Source: Octopus bimaculoides (lineage: Eukaryota). Taken from it: a stretch of DNA of 64,000 bases. Positions 13,133 to 26,560 of this stretch are shown here, piece after piece (position 1 is the stretch's first letter; each line of letters starts with the position of its first letter). The DNA is taken from positions 960,327 through 1,024,326 of the forward strand of contig NC_068991.1 of assembly GCF_001194135.2 (NCBI RefSeq), read 5' to 3'. The notes under the pieces are model-generated. The model ran no database searches. It was not told the DNA's origin and saw only the letters and a list, made by a program, of their open reading frames with translations. Position numbers and translations under genes: made by a program.

Positions 13133-13225
13133 CACCCACCCCGGGTGGCGGGCGGGGACACTGAAAACGCTTTGAATATTCTGGGTTTGCACCTCCAAAG
13201 CAAATTTCGTTCCCGCAGTTATATA
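13133..13225 (-). promoter_or_regulatory. Probable TATA box and non-coding exon 1 of the InaF-motif gene
   Basis: Minus-strand TATATAA at 13225-13219, then a GC-rich stretch ending in a consensus donor G|GTAAGT (GT at 13132-13131) that can splice to the acceptor at 12040. Confidence 0.5.
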
Positions 13226-14250
13226 CATGGGAAGCTTTGATTGTTCAGGCAAACTGTAGAAGTATGGCCATGTTTATAACGGCCAATATCTGAATCTGAG
13301 AGATACACATACAAGGCAACGGAACCATTCTGTCATCGTCTGCGTGTCCCGAATATTCGACATAAGACAAACTCGCCAAATGGACAATCATACTAGCATT
13401 TTCTAAAATAATAATAATAATAAAAAATAGTAAATGATGAAATGTTTTATTAGATTGGTATCAAATAGGCAAGTCTTTAGTCAACGTAAAACATTAAGAA
13501 AACGTTATGAGACAATTTCAAACGAAATGACCACCACGTAGAGGAAGATAGCTCCTCCTTGCCAAAGGAAGGCGGTGAGTTACACTTCAAGATTTGGAAG
13601 CTGCAACTACCCTGCACATGGCCATTCGATATTAGCTCATAGATCAGCACGGACAAAGAACGGTTTCGTTGCCTCGCATCTAAAATTGGTCAAGTTCCTG
13701 GCGGTTTTAATACGGACAGAGGTTATAGAGTTTACCACTAACAGCCCTGCGCTCTGTGAATCTGAAAATTCTTCAAAAGTGACAATCCATTTTGTGCCTT
13801 CGACTGTTTCCAGGCCATCTTCACTCACACTCTTCAATAAAAATAATATTGATTGTTTTAATACCTACAACAAATATTCGGTCGATCCTATATAAAGTAA
13901 CAACCAGTAAAAACATTCAGTCTTCGCACACACACACACACACACACTGCTGTTTGAAGGAAACACTTAGAGACAAAGCACAGCTGTTACGTTCGCTCCA
14001 ATTTCTCAATAACTAGTGGCGCACTTTCATTTTTATTCTTATTGTTGTCGTTGTTGTGGTTCTTCTGATTTTTCTTTCCCTATCTTATGTTCACTCGCAA
14101 ACACACACAGACATACAATTTAATATGTAAAACCCCGAATAAGGGTGGAAATTTTTGTGGCTCGGTTTCTCATTGTGGACCTGAAAGAAGAAAGGAGTGG
14201 CTGTGCTGAGAAAGGTGAAAGAGATAGATAGATAGATAGATAGAGAGAGG

Positions 14251-14284
<34 letters not shown>

Positions 14285-14290
14285 GAGAGG

Positions 14291-14329
<39 letters not shown>

Positions 14330-15770
14330 TTATAAGTCACACAGGGCCGAACACAGAGGGGACAATACAATGTAGAATTTTTCTTTTCGAAAACGATTAA
14401 AAGGGATCGAAAACGTTTTCGGACGTGTACACAAGGAAATAGCAAATGCGCCGTTTTTAACAATTAGATTTCCCAGAAGCGGGAGTAAATATAACATTAA
14501 CTAGATTTAACCGTGGAAAAAAAACCTACGAAAAAGAACTACGATAACCTCGGGAAAAAATATCTTAACATGAGAGCAAAGCGTTCTTTCTCTCTTTGTT
14601 TTATAGCATCATGCTCAAGGTGGCTCCGTCATTCATGCGTACCATCCTTGCCACATTCACCCACCTTTTGTTAAACCTTTCATTAGATGAAACTTCCCTC
14701 TCTATTCTCACATTTCTTTTCAAGTGATATTTGAAATAATTGATGAGAGGTTGGCCAAGAAGGAAAGTGTTTGTCTCTAAACCTTTCAAACGAGTCCATC
14801 ATACACAGTCTTTCGCCATAGCCACCAGTCCAATGAAAACTGCCTTGCCTTCCCGGTTAAAGGAAGGTGGCGGGGCAATATTCCCGATAGACTCGGCTGA
14901 CAACTGAATTCTTCCTACACGTGACAGCGGCCATTCAACATAAGCCCACAGGTCTGAAATATTTGGACATCTGAAATATTTGGACATCTGAAATATTTGG
15001 TCGAGTGCGTACAGAAGGGTTTCGTCGCTCTAACCGCATCTCGGGCAGGTCGATCCGGTGTTTCTTGAACCGTGTCTGTAGACCTTATCTCGAACGGGCA
15101 ATGCTTCCCGATAGCACTGCCAGGCCAGGGATCTCTGGAAANNNNNNNNNNNNNNNNNNNNNNNNNNNNNNNNNNNNNNNNNNNNNNNNNNNNNNNNNNN
15201 NNNNNNNNNNNNNNNNNNNNNNNNNNNNNNNNNNNNNNNNNNNNNNNNNNNNNNNNNNNNNNNNNNNNNNNNNNNNNNNNNNNNNNNNNNNNNNNNNNNN
15301 NNNNNNNNNNNNNNNNNNNNNNNNNNNNNNNNNNNNNNNNNNNNNNNNNNNNNNNNNNNNNNNNNNNNNNNNNNNNNNNNNNNNNNNNNNNNNNNNNNNN
15401 NNNNNNNNNNNNNNNNNNNNNNNNNNNNNNNGTCTATGAAACGCTGGAGATGTCGCAGTCTCAGCGCATGTCTGTGTACCATCAACCACGGCATACCCAG
15501 CCCTCCATTTAGCGGATGTTGGCAGCAAATGGATCGCCTGACCATCGGAACGCTTCCCTTCCACAAGAAGCGGAAGAGTATGCGTTCCAGTTGCGTGATC
15601 GTAGGATCAGAACAAGATACGATGGCCAGACGGTAGTAGATGACGGTTGCGATGCACGCATTCTCCACCTCAGCCCGACCCTTTTAGAGATAGCTTCCTC
15701 TAGGCTCATTGCTGGGTGAGAGTGGCCACCCTACTCGTTATCTCATCCCAGTTCTGCTCCATTTGGGACG
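14330..15770 (-). mobile_element. 5'-truncated Tx1/L1-clade LINE (RT C-terminus, zinc-finger region, 3'UTR), degenerate, with an internal gap
   Basis: RKLSLKG...YYRL...LFRFLWKG...GGLG and YREALPVRDK...CPRCG motifs; frameshifts and stops. Confidence 0.85.
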
Positions 15771-15837
15771 AGATAAGATAGATAGATAGATAGATAGATA
15801 TATAGATAGATAGATAGGAAAGTGACGGGACGCCGGT

Positions 15838-16050
15838 CCGTCACAGGTGAAATGCTAGATGCAGGAAGCAAGAGTGAGAGAAAGTTGTGGCGGAAGAGTC
15901 AACAGAAGTCCGCCATTACATTCTGAAAGAACCGCGTGGAGCTAAGGTGTTTCGCTCATAAACACACACATCGCCCAGTCTGAGATTCGAACCCGCGATC
16001 CCTCGACCGCGAGTCTGCTCGTCTAAACACTAGGCCATGTGCCTCCACAA
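15838..16050 (-). mobile_element. tRNA-derived SINE
   Basis: Minus strand: ggcacatggcctagtgtttag ... gggttcgaatctcag, followed by a non-tRNA body. Confidence 0.75.
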
Positions 16051-16230
16051 CTAACAGTAATTAGGGCGTTAATTACTAAGCATGGTTGTGTGGTGAGAAG
16101 TTTGCTTCGCAACCGCATGGTTCCGGGTTCAGAATCATTGCATGGCACCTTTGGCTAGTGTCTTCTGCTACAACCCTGGCCGAGCGAAGCCTTGTGAGTT
16201 GATTTGGTGGACGGAAACGGAAAGAAGCCT

Positions 16231-16301
<71 letters not shown>

Positions 16302-16989
16302 NNNNNNNNNNNNNNNNNNNNNNNNNNNNNNNNNNNNNNNNNNNNNNNNNNNNNNNNNNNNNNNNNNNNNNNNNNNNNNNNNNNNNNNNNNNNNNNNNNN
16401 NNNNNNNNNNNNNNNNNNNNNNNNNNNNNNNNNNNNNNNNNNNNNNNNNNNNNNNNNNNNNNNNNNNNNNNNNNNNNNNNNNNNNNNNNNNNNNNNNNNN
16501 NNNNNNNNNNNNNNNNNNNNNNNNNNNNNNNNNNNNNNNNNNNNNNNNNNNNNNNNNNNNNNNNNNNNNNNNNNNNNNNNNNNNNNNNNNNNNNNNNNNN
16601 NNNNNNNNNNNNNNNNNNNNNNNNNNNNNNNNNNNNNNNNNNNNNNNNNNNNNNNNNNNNNNNNNNNNNNNNNNNNNNNNNNNNNNNNNNNNNNNNNNNN
16701 NNNNNNNNNNNNNNNNNNNNNNNNNNNNNNNNNNNNNNNNNNNNNNNNNNNNNNNNNNNNNNNNNNNNNNNNNNNNNNNNNNNNNNNNNNNNNNNNNNNN
16801 NNNNNNNNNNNNNNNNNNNNNNNNNNNNNNNNNNNNNNNNNNNNNNNNNNNNNNNNNNNNNNNNNNNNNNNNNNNNNNNNNNNNNNNNNNNNNNNNNNNN
16901 NNNNNNNNNNNNNNNNNNNNNNNNNNNTTTACCCTTTCTGTTATTCAGGTGTTCCATTCCATTCAAAAAACAGCGTTCAAAGCGAGAAA

Positions 16990-17089
16990 TTTAATTGGTT
17001 CGTTTCACTAACGGAACCCATTTCCACCTTTTCCACTCACCCCGTTGCTATGACACCGTACCAGACGCTTGTTTTCTAACAAGGTAAGA
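16990..17089 (+). promoter_or_regulatory. Candidate DNAAF1 promoter and 5'UTR exon with RFX X-box
   Basis: GTTGCTATGACACC at 17044-17057 is one mismatch from GTHNYY-AT-RRNAAC. An inverted CCAAT (ATTGG) lies ~50 nt upstream. Strong donor AAG|GTAAGA at 17083/17084. The first coding exon starts with cag|ATG, so an upstream non-coding exon is required. Confidence 0.55.
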
Positions 17090-17123
17090 AGACTCAACTG
17101 TTTTGTCTCCACATTATCATCTC

Positions 17124-17164
<41 letters not shown>

Positions 17165-17526
17165 CTCTTTCTCTCTCTCACGCTTTCTCTCTCTCTCTCT
17201 CTTTCTCTCTCTGTCTCTCATCTCACATTTAATAATTCAACTGCCATTTTATTTGTTTTATCAACTTTTAAACACTCCGTGTTTCCTTCAGACACTTTCA
17301 CCTCGTTTTAATTTTCTTTTCAAATATCTCCTGTTTTGTTAATGGCGTTCGGGGTTCAAATATTGACTTGGTTCACTTCACTTTTCTTGGTTTGATTCAA
17401 GGAACTGGTATAATATAATGCGGGGAGGTGTGCAAAAAGGGCAATTTCGTCCCCCCTACAGTCCCCTCTCAGCCCTCCGTCCAATGGAATTAGAGGCTTT
17501 CTGTCACTATCAAACATCGCACCCCC

Positions 17527-17559
<33 letters not shown>

Positions 17560-18937
17560 AAGACATATGGAAAATACATACACATATTTATTACTATACA
17601 TAAGTACGTACGTACATACATACATACATAAATACATACATATATACATGCATACGTATGTATCTGTTTGTGTCTATGTTCATAAGTGGGTACTTAAACA
17701 TGCATACGTATAAATGCGTAAATACGTATATGTTTCATTATCATTTACTGTACGTTTCTCATGCTGGCATGGGTTGGATGGTTTGACAGGACCCGATGAG
17801 CGTCAGGGCCCTATCATGCTCCAGTGTCTGCTTTGGCATGGTTTCTACAACTGGCTGCTCTGCCTGATGCCAATCTCTTTACAGAGTGGAGTAGGTGCGT
17901 TTTTCAAGCCACTGGCACGAGTGAGGTCGCCATGTGACTATATATAGTTAAACTTAAACACACACAGAGGCACATGCGTACACATATATGTATGTGTGTC
18001 ATATAACTTGCAAGACAGAAAAGAAGAGGCAAAAAGAAAAGGGGAAAAACTCCCATTTGTAAGAGGAAGTATTTGCAAGGAGAAGGTGACGGTGGGGCTA
18101 GTAGAGTCAGTGGTTGTGCTGTGTGTTTGTGAGAATGTCAGCTGCAATAGCGTGATGTCTGTTTTATTTGTTATTGTTATTATTATTATAGCTTATTCAG
18201 TGGTGGTTTTGTAGTTTTAAAAAGACAACCCTGTAATACAATAACTCACATATAGACAAGGAATCTGTTTGTCTACTTTTAGCTCTTCTGACAACCTGTT
18301 GTTTATCCTATCATCATCACATGATGCTATTCTCTGGATTAACACAGCCTTGAATTTCAAAGCAACTATTGACCACACTGCCACTTGACTTAATACTCAA
18401 ACATGACAGCCAGTTGTTATCCCTGCTCTCACATGACACATTCACTGGACCAATACAGATTTGACTTTTTGATGTAATTAACATTCATATAGTCACATGA
18501 TCCTCTGACCCTGCGTCCAAACACCATAAAATTGAGCAAATTTTCAAAACCTTTGTCAGAATCAAGATAAATTATATAGCACATGTGCCGGTGGCACATG
18601 AAAAATAACATTCGAACGTGGTCATTGCCAGTGCCGCCAGACTGGCTCCCATGCAGGTAGCACATAAAAACACCTTTTGAGCATGGTCATTGCCAGAAGT
18701 GCCTGACTGGCCCTCATGCCGGTGGCACGTAAAAGCACCAACTACACTCTCGGAGTGGTTGGTGTTAGGAAGGGCATCCAGATCAGATTGAGCTTGGTGC
18801 AGCCTCCTGATTCACCAGTTCTCAGTCAAACGGTCCAACCCATGCCAGCATGGAAAGTGGATGTTAAACAACAATGATGATATATATATGTATGTATATG
18901 ATGATAGACTTGTATCTGTTTTTTTCATTCTCTTCAG

Positions 18938-19148
18938 ATGCCCACCACCATTAAAATATCTGCTGATGACATCACAACTGCTACAACCAACACCAACACC
19001 AGTGCCACCCCCCACAACAACAACAACAACAGCAACTCTACAGAACTGCCACCTTCTCTCAGCCAATCCAATTCTGATGCTAACAACATAGTTTCTACAA
19101 AACCAGGAGCAGGAATTGCTGAAGATTCTGTTTTTGAAACAGAAAATG
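18938..19148 (+). CDS. DNAAF1: DNAAF1 coding exon 1 ([11 protein letters not shown]...ETEN)
   Basis: ttcag|ATG; donor G|GTAAAT, phase 1. Confidence 0.7.
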
Positions 19149-19932
19149 GTAAATGATTTTGTTTTCCATCAAAATTTACAGAGTTTGTGATATTTCTAAA
19201 TTAATGACGTTTGTTGTTGATTGGTTAATTGGCATTCAGTTCTTGTTAATGGTACCCTACGGTGTCCATGTAAGAGTAAAATGTCAGTAGTGCATGTGGG
19301 GACAGGTACTGGACTGTGTCTGTGGTAAATAGGGACCACTGGATGGTATAGTTCTCTGTATTGTATTAAGGATTTAAATACTTCACTCTCAACAGATTTT
19401 GGCTTCAAATTTTGGCACAATGCCAGTAAATTTGAGGGGAGGGGGAAGTCGATCACATCGACCCCAGTACTCAGTTGGTACTTATTTTACTGACCCCAAA
19501 AGGATGAAGGGCAAATCAACCTCAGCAGAGCTTGAACTCCAGACATAAAGACCAATGAAATGCAACAAAGCATTTTGCCAACCATTCTGCCAACTCACTC
19601 AGTCTTTTACTCTCAAAAGATATTAAAGTTATTTTGATCTCCAATTGATTCCAGTGATTTCCAGTGTTCTTTGTTTAGTGGCTCCAAACCTAGGGTCCGC
19701 AGAACACTGGTGGTCTGTGGTGGGGGGGGGGATGAACTAAATTCAAAATTTCATATATATATATNNNNNNNNNNNNNNNNNNNNNNNNNNNNNNNNNNNN
19801 NNNNNNNNNNNNNNNNNNNNNNNNNNNNNNNNNNNATATAAAAGGATAAGCATATTAAAAGGGGTCCATGGGAAAACACATTTAAATAAAAGGGTTGGAA
19901 ACCACTGGTTTATACCATTGATATGAAGTTGT

Positions 19933-19967
<35 letters not shown>

Positions 19968-22162
19968 CTTTCTCTGTTTCTTTCTTTCTCTTGGTATTTA
20001 TTATTCACTTACAGACAAGTATGTACTTACACATTCAAATTTATTTCAGATGAAACCACCAATCAGAGTGAATTTGCTGGAGATTGCTCCAAGACATTGG
20101 AATCTACTGAAGATTGTCCAGAGATGGTGGGAACCATTGGGGATTGTCCAAAGACAGTGGAAACTGTTGGGGATTGTCCAAAAATATTGGAAGATGTTTC
20201 AAAGACAGGAGAAGGTTTTGGAGATTGTCCAGAAATAGTGGAAGCTGTTGGAGATTGTTCCAAGACAATAGAAAAAGCTAAAGATTGTTTGAACTTGGTT
20301 GTATCTGCTGGAGATTGTTCAAACACAGTGGAATCCATGGCAAATTCTCTAGACACAATAGAATCTGTTGGAAATTGTTCAAAGACAATTGAACCTGTTG
20401 GGGATTGTCCAAAGATATTGGAAGATGTTGTAGATTGTCCAGAGACAATGGAATCTGTTGGAGATTGTTCCAAGACATTGGAAGATGCTAAAGATTGTTC
20501 AAACTCAGTTATATCTGCTGAGGATGTTTCAATAACAATGGAATCTATTGGAGAATCTCTGAAGACAGTTGAATCTACTGGAGTTTGTTCAAAGACTGTG
20601 GAAGCTGTTGGAGATTGTACAAAAATATTGGAAGCTGTTGGAAGTTGTCCAGAGATACTGGAATCTACTGGAGTTTGTTCAGAGACAGTGGAATCTGTTG
20701 AAGATTGTCCAAAGACATTGGACGATGTTAAAGTTTTTTCAAATGTAGACATATCTGCTGCAGACATTTCAAAGACAGAGGAATCTACTGGAGAATTTTT
20801 GAAGAAAGTGGAATCTACTGAAGATTGTTCCAACACAGTGGAATTTGTGGATGATTGTCCAAAGACAGTGGAATCTGTTGAAGATGGTTCAAAGACACTG
20901 GAAGTTGTTGAACATATTCCAAATAAAGTGGAAGCTGTTGAAGATATTTCAAAGACAGGAGAAAATCTTGGAGATGTTTCAAAAACTGTGGAAGATGCTG
21001 GAGATATTTCAAAGACAGCAGAAACTGTTGAAGATTCTTCAAAACTAGTAGAATCTGCTGAAGATGTTCCAAAAATAGTAGAAGATGCTGGAGATAGTTC
21101 AAAGACATTGGAATCTGAGACAGTGACTACAAATGGTTTGGATGGAAAACAGAAAGACAGTGCAAAAGACAATGGTAATTATTCCATTTTTAGTTAGTTC
21201 CTCCTAGCAGATTTAACTTCGGATATTGATGTGTGTTTGGCAAAGTTCTTTAATGTTGTAATGTCATTGAATGTTGATGGTATAACTCTTATGCTGTGCT
21301 GTTGGGATGTCATGGATTTTTTTTTAATTGTTGGGTCTGGAGGGAGTGGGATTGCCCGTAGCCTTTCAAGACCAGTGAGATTGATGCCATTAAGGTTTGT
21401 CTTAAACCTTTGTAAGTCAACCTTTGCAGAAGAGAGACACGAGCAAGGGGGGAATTCCAGGGGGATGGCTTATTCGGGAGGAAGGACTGGGATTTGTGAT
21501 TAGTGCAGGGTCTGGTGGGTGGTTGGGAGGTGTGGAGATGAACACAACAAGTGGGATAGGAGGAGGAGTGGCAAGTGGGACAGAAATGCCTGAATGGAGA
21601 GTGTATGGGCCCAGCTTGTGCTGAGGAGAAGTGGTCAGTAATATAATTGTGCTAGAAAAGGAAGAGAATGGGGGAATGAAACTGGACCCTGGTGGACATC
21701 TCAGTTGATAGAATGAGGAACAGAAAGAGTTCCACCATGGAGGGTCTTGCCATCTGACAGAATGGGAGACAGATGCAGCCCTTAAGCAGGACGTTTTTAA
21801 TAGACTTGCATGCTATAGCCAAAATCTTTGTTGATGCTGAGGGCAACATATTACTTTCACCAAATTCCTTCAAGACAAGAGCTTACTGGTGACACAGGAG
21901 AGTTGGTCAGATCTGGCTTGTTTTGGTATAACTGTGCTGTAGCAGCAGCTTCAGATGCTGGGGAATTGGGATGTGTAACAACTGTATAACTGTAGGTTGT
22001 GATGTCAATGACCATTGATGATATAACTGTGCTGTGGTGTTCATTGGTGTAGTTTCTGATGGAGAATGTAAGAAAGAAAAGAAAGAAGAACCATCACATG
22101 AGAAATCTGCTTTTGAAAAGGTGGATGATCGCTGGCCAAGGTAAGACCAAGTTCATATTTAC

Positions 22163-22199
<37 letters not shown>

Positions 22200-25100
22200 T
22201 TAATTGTAATGTTGTTTGCCACCCTACATCTTTCATCTTCCCCTCCCCTACTGATAATTACCACCAGCCACACCTCCACCCTTGTTCAGCCTCCCCTGCA
22301 TTATCATCCCCCTCTCCTCCCACCTCTATCCTCTTTCTGGTCCTATAAACTCATCCACCCGCCCTTCCACCTCCTCTGTAGTCTCTCTCAGACTCACCTT
22401 TTTGGGTATAAGAGAATAGGCACCCTCATATATAATTTAGTTGTGGTGATGGTGGTGCAGTTGCCATGCATCTCTTCTCTAGCAACATGCCTCTGCTTGT
22501 CCCTCTGTCATACTTTAACCTTTCAACTCTCACCACAAAGCCACCTCCCTCCCTCCCCACCTCTCTCAGCTTTAGGGTCTTGTCTTGCAAGTTACTGAGC
22601 GACCTCATTAATGGTGGGGACATAGGGTGGGAGTGGGGGAGAAATCACTCAGAACTCTCTGCAAAATGGTTGGCATTTGGAAGGGAATCCAGCCATAGAA
22701 ACCAAAGCAGACCCGGAAGCATGATGGTTCTGTGTGGCTCATTATTGGATCCTGTCAAACCGTCCAACCCATGCCAACATGGAAGGCAGACTTTATGTGA
22801 TGATGATAATGATGATGGTGGTAGTGTTGATGATGATGTTGATGATGGTGATGGTAGTGGTGGTGGTGGTGGTGGTGGTGGTGGTGGTAGTGATGATGAT
22901 GATGATATTACTGCCCACTGTACCCTGTTATATTAGTTTGCACCATTCTGTCACCCCACAGACTGACCAAGAAATTCCTCCGCCAACACTGCAAGGAGCA
23001 CAAACTGTACCAAACACCTGAGCTTAACGATGTTCTTTACTTACACTTTAAAGGTGAGTCCGTTCTGTTGATGTTGGTCGAGAGGAAGAGAACTCTTTTT
23101 GGTGCGAAGGAGAGAGTTTCCCTACATTTGAGATGAATGTCTTCTGATGTTGATTCACTTTGGATACCTTGGGTGCTTTTAGCAGGATTGTGGGCCTTGT
23201 AATCCACCTGGCCCTTTGGTGCTTCCAGTAGGGTGGTTGGTCCAATTTGGCTCTAACTGTTGGCCTGTAGGTGTCTCTAGCGGGCAGCTGGATCCATCAC
23301 ACCTGAACAGGGTGGAAGATGCAGCACACTTGAGGGTCTGGCTGTGAAACTGATGTGACAGTCACATGACAGATTGTCCCACCAGCCAGGACAGCTTGAC
23401 ATGATGACTTGACCTACTAGAAATAACAGCTAAACCTCCCCCCTGCCATCTTAAAAAAAGGAAGGGCATATTGGATAAGTTTCAGATCCACTGAATAAAA
23501 GACTAGACTAGTCAGGACTGAAACACCTTTGTGTGTAAGGGCTGCTGACCCATGGCTAAACAACAACAACAACAATTACATGTTGTTGTACAGAATTAAT
23601 TGTAGAAGAAACATTGTTTACATTTCTAATTGTTCCAAAGGAATTAATGATGTGAATTTTCTAATTAATTGGTAACATGGCTGCTTAGCAACTGTGAGAT
23701 ACAGGGTTTGGCTGTCATTTATTTGGTTTGTTGGTGTTTTGTATTCATCTAATTCCTGTGTCTGTCTGGGGTTTCTTCTCTTGTGCAGGTATTTATAAAA
23801 TCGAGAATCTTGAAGAATATGTTGGCCTGAAGTGTCTTTGGTTAGAAAATAATGGACTCAATAAGATCGAGAACCTTGAGCATCAGGTCGAAATGAAGTG
23901 CCTCTATCTACAGCAGAATCTCATCTACAAGATTGAAAACTTGGAATCGATGCAGAAATTATCCAATTTAAATCTTTGCCACAACATGATTGAAACTGTT
24001 GAGAATTTGTGTGAGTTGCAGGTTCTGTGTTTCTCTCTTGGGAAATGGTACGAAGGGCAGATTGCTTATTATGACTTTGGGAAAATATTAGGAGTCAGCT
24101 AGTTTTATCTTGGGGGGAAAGGAAACTGTTTGAAACCCTGCCAACATGTTACCAATGTATCAGTAATCACACTTTGTTGGGGTCAGATTATAAGGGAGTG
24201 AATCTGCATAGGAAATAATGAAGTAGAGCTTTGAAAGGGGTCAGGTTATGTACTGTATCACCTACTGATGAATTAGGGTCTGGAAATGTGAGTGTCTGAC
24301 ATGAGTGGAGTTTGAGTAGAGGTTAATGGCTTTCTTTGGAAATTTGAGCGAGTTATTTGAGTGGAGTCTGTTGTAATATGGAAATTGAAGAGTGTGACTT
24401 GAGTAGAGTCTTTTTAGTGTGGACTTTAGTGTCTGTGGAAGCTGTTGAAGATATTCCAAGGGCAGTGGAAGATGTTGGGGATTGTTCAAAGACAGCAGAA
24501 GCTGTTGAAGATTCTTCAAAAATAATAGAATCTGCTGAAAATGTCTCAAAATTAGTGGATTGGTTCTTTCTGTAAATAGCATTCAGATATAAGGTATAAA
24601 AACATTATCAGGTTATCCTTGAAAATATTCCTGTTGAATTATCTACGAGAAGTGCAGGGCCAAAAGTCACAGAGATTAGAAATGGAGTTGGTGCATTTCA
24701 TATGGGTGCAGCAGTTGAAGCCATCAGATTATACCCAGATTATACCCACAGATTATCCCCACAGATTACAATATGCAATCAGGCTTTGTGTGAGTTGGCT
24801 CACCCTGTATAATATGATTATAAATATATTCAGATCGAATCAAATATATTTTGAAATTATAATTATAATTCTCAACTGTTTTTTATATTTTTCTCTCTTG
24901 TTGCAGCCTGCTTACCTCAACTGAGTACCCTCCAAATAACCCACAACAAACTATCCACTATGGAATCTGTAATCCACCTCAAAGACTGCCTGTCTATTTC
25001 AGTGCTGGATCTTTCCCATAACAGACTTGAACAACCAGAAATTGTCGAAGAAGTCTTTGCCAAAATGCCTTCCTTGGTTCGTAGTTTCTCCTCTTCCTAT

Positions 25101-25253
25101 CACCATAGTTGTGGCTGAGGTTTAGCTTCAAAACTCTGTAATGTGTCATCCCTGAATTCACTGCTTCTGTCTCACTTATGAACAACTAATCAGAGAAAAG
25201 GCCATTGACTATGGGCTGTGCTTTCTATCTATCTGCCTGACACACTCTCTCCC

Positions 25254-25331
<78 letters not shown>

Positions 25332-25461
25332 TATATATATTATCCAAAATGTACCCACTCTTTTGACAGATATATGAGTGCATCTTTTTCTTGACTTATG
25401 GTCTATTAGACAACTCACACACGTATATATATATATGTGTGTGTGTGTGTATACATGTACA

Positions 25462-25497
<36 letters not shown>

Positions 25498-26474
25498 AAA
25501 TAAAGATGGCAGCTATACACAAAATCAAACCAAATATGAATTTATAAAACAAGAGGATGGAATGAATAGGCTTTAATCACAAATCACAACAACTGTTTCT
25601 GTGCAATGATATCTTATTGCATAAAATGTTATAGAAATAATTACATAGATAGGTATGACCCAGCTGCAGCAGCTATATAATAGATATGTACTTGTGTTTC
25701 AGAGAGATGTTAGGCAAGATATTCCACTCGTTTCCCTTTGTCCCTTGTATAACATGTGTAACTGTTATTTCTTGTTTTTCAGGGAGTTTTGTATTTGATT
25801 GGTAATCCTGTTATCAGAAACATCAAGAATTACAGGAAACATGTTACCGTGGCAATTGTAAGCGAGAAACATTAATTCTACCTGTTTGACTTGAAAGTGT
25901 GTGTGTGTGTGTCTTTTATATGAGTGCAGATAATATGTGCATGTTTGTGTCTGAATGTGTTTATGTGTGTGTATATGTGTGTCTATGTGTGTGAGAATGT
26001 GTATGTGTGCATTTGTGTGTATGTGTATGTACAACCATTCAGCATGTAAACCAGCCCCATTTGGACCCAAATATTCTCCCTGTTTTATCTTCAGACTGGG
26101 CCTGATCCAGCCCCTCACACTTAGAATGTTTGTGTGTGGTGGTGTTGCTGATGATGATGATGGTGGTGGTGGTGCGGTGGTGTTGCAATCTTTCTGTCAC
26201 TCACTTTCTTCTCGTTATTGTCATACTTTGATTAATTCCCCACATAAATACTTAATTATTTTGCTTCATACCAGTAATTACATTCATAAATTGATTTTTA
26301 ATTGATATTCAATAGTTCTTGACTAGATATCCATAATAATGTTTATAAACTGAATTTTGGCAGAAAAGCCTGAAGTATTTGGATGATCGACCAGTTTTCC
26401 CCCGAGATCGTGCCTGTTCTGAAGCATGGTAGGTATTTAAGACATCGTCACAACTTTTTATACACACTTGGAGA

Positions 26475-26560
<86 letters not shown>

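Noticed and set aside
13530-13580. Strong + strand donor GCG|GTGAGT as an alternative DNAAF1 first exon from a bidirectional promoter
   Set aside because: No supporting promoter motif; the X-box-linked exon at 17.06 kb is a better candidate. It cannot be excluded without RNA data.
20063-21172. 369-aa antisense ORF (also 27705-28216 minus ORFs)
   Set aside because: Shadow frames caused by the codon periodicity of the sense exons; no splice or start context.
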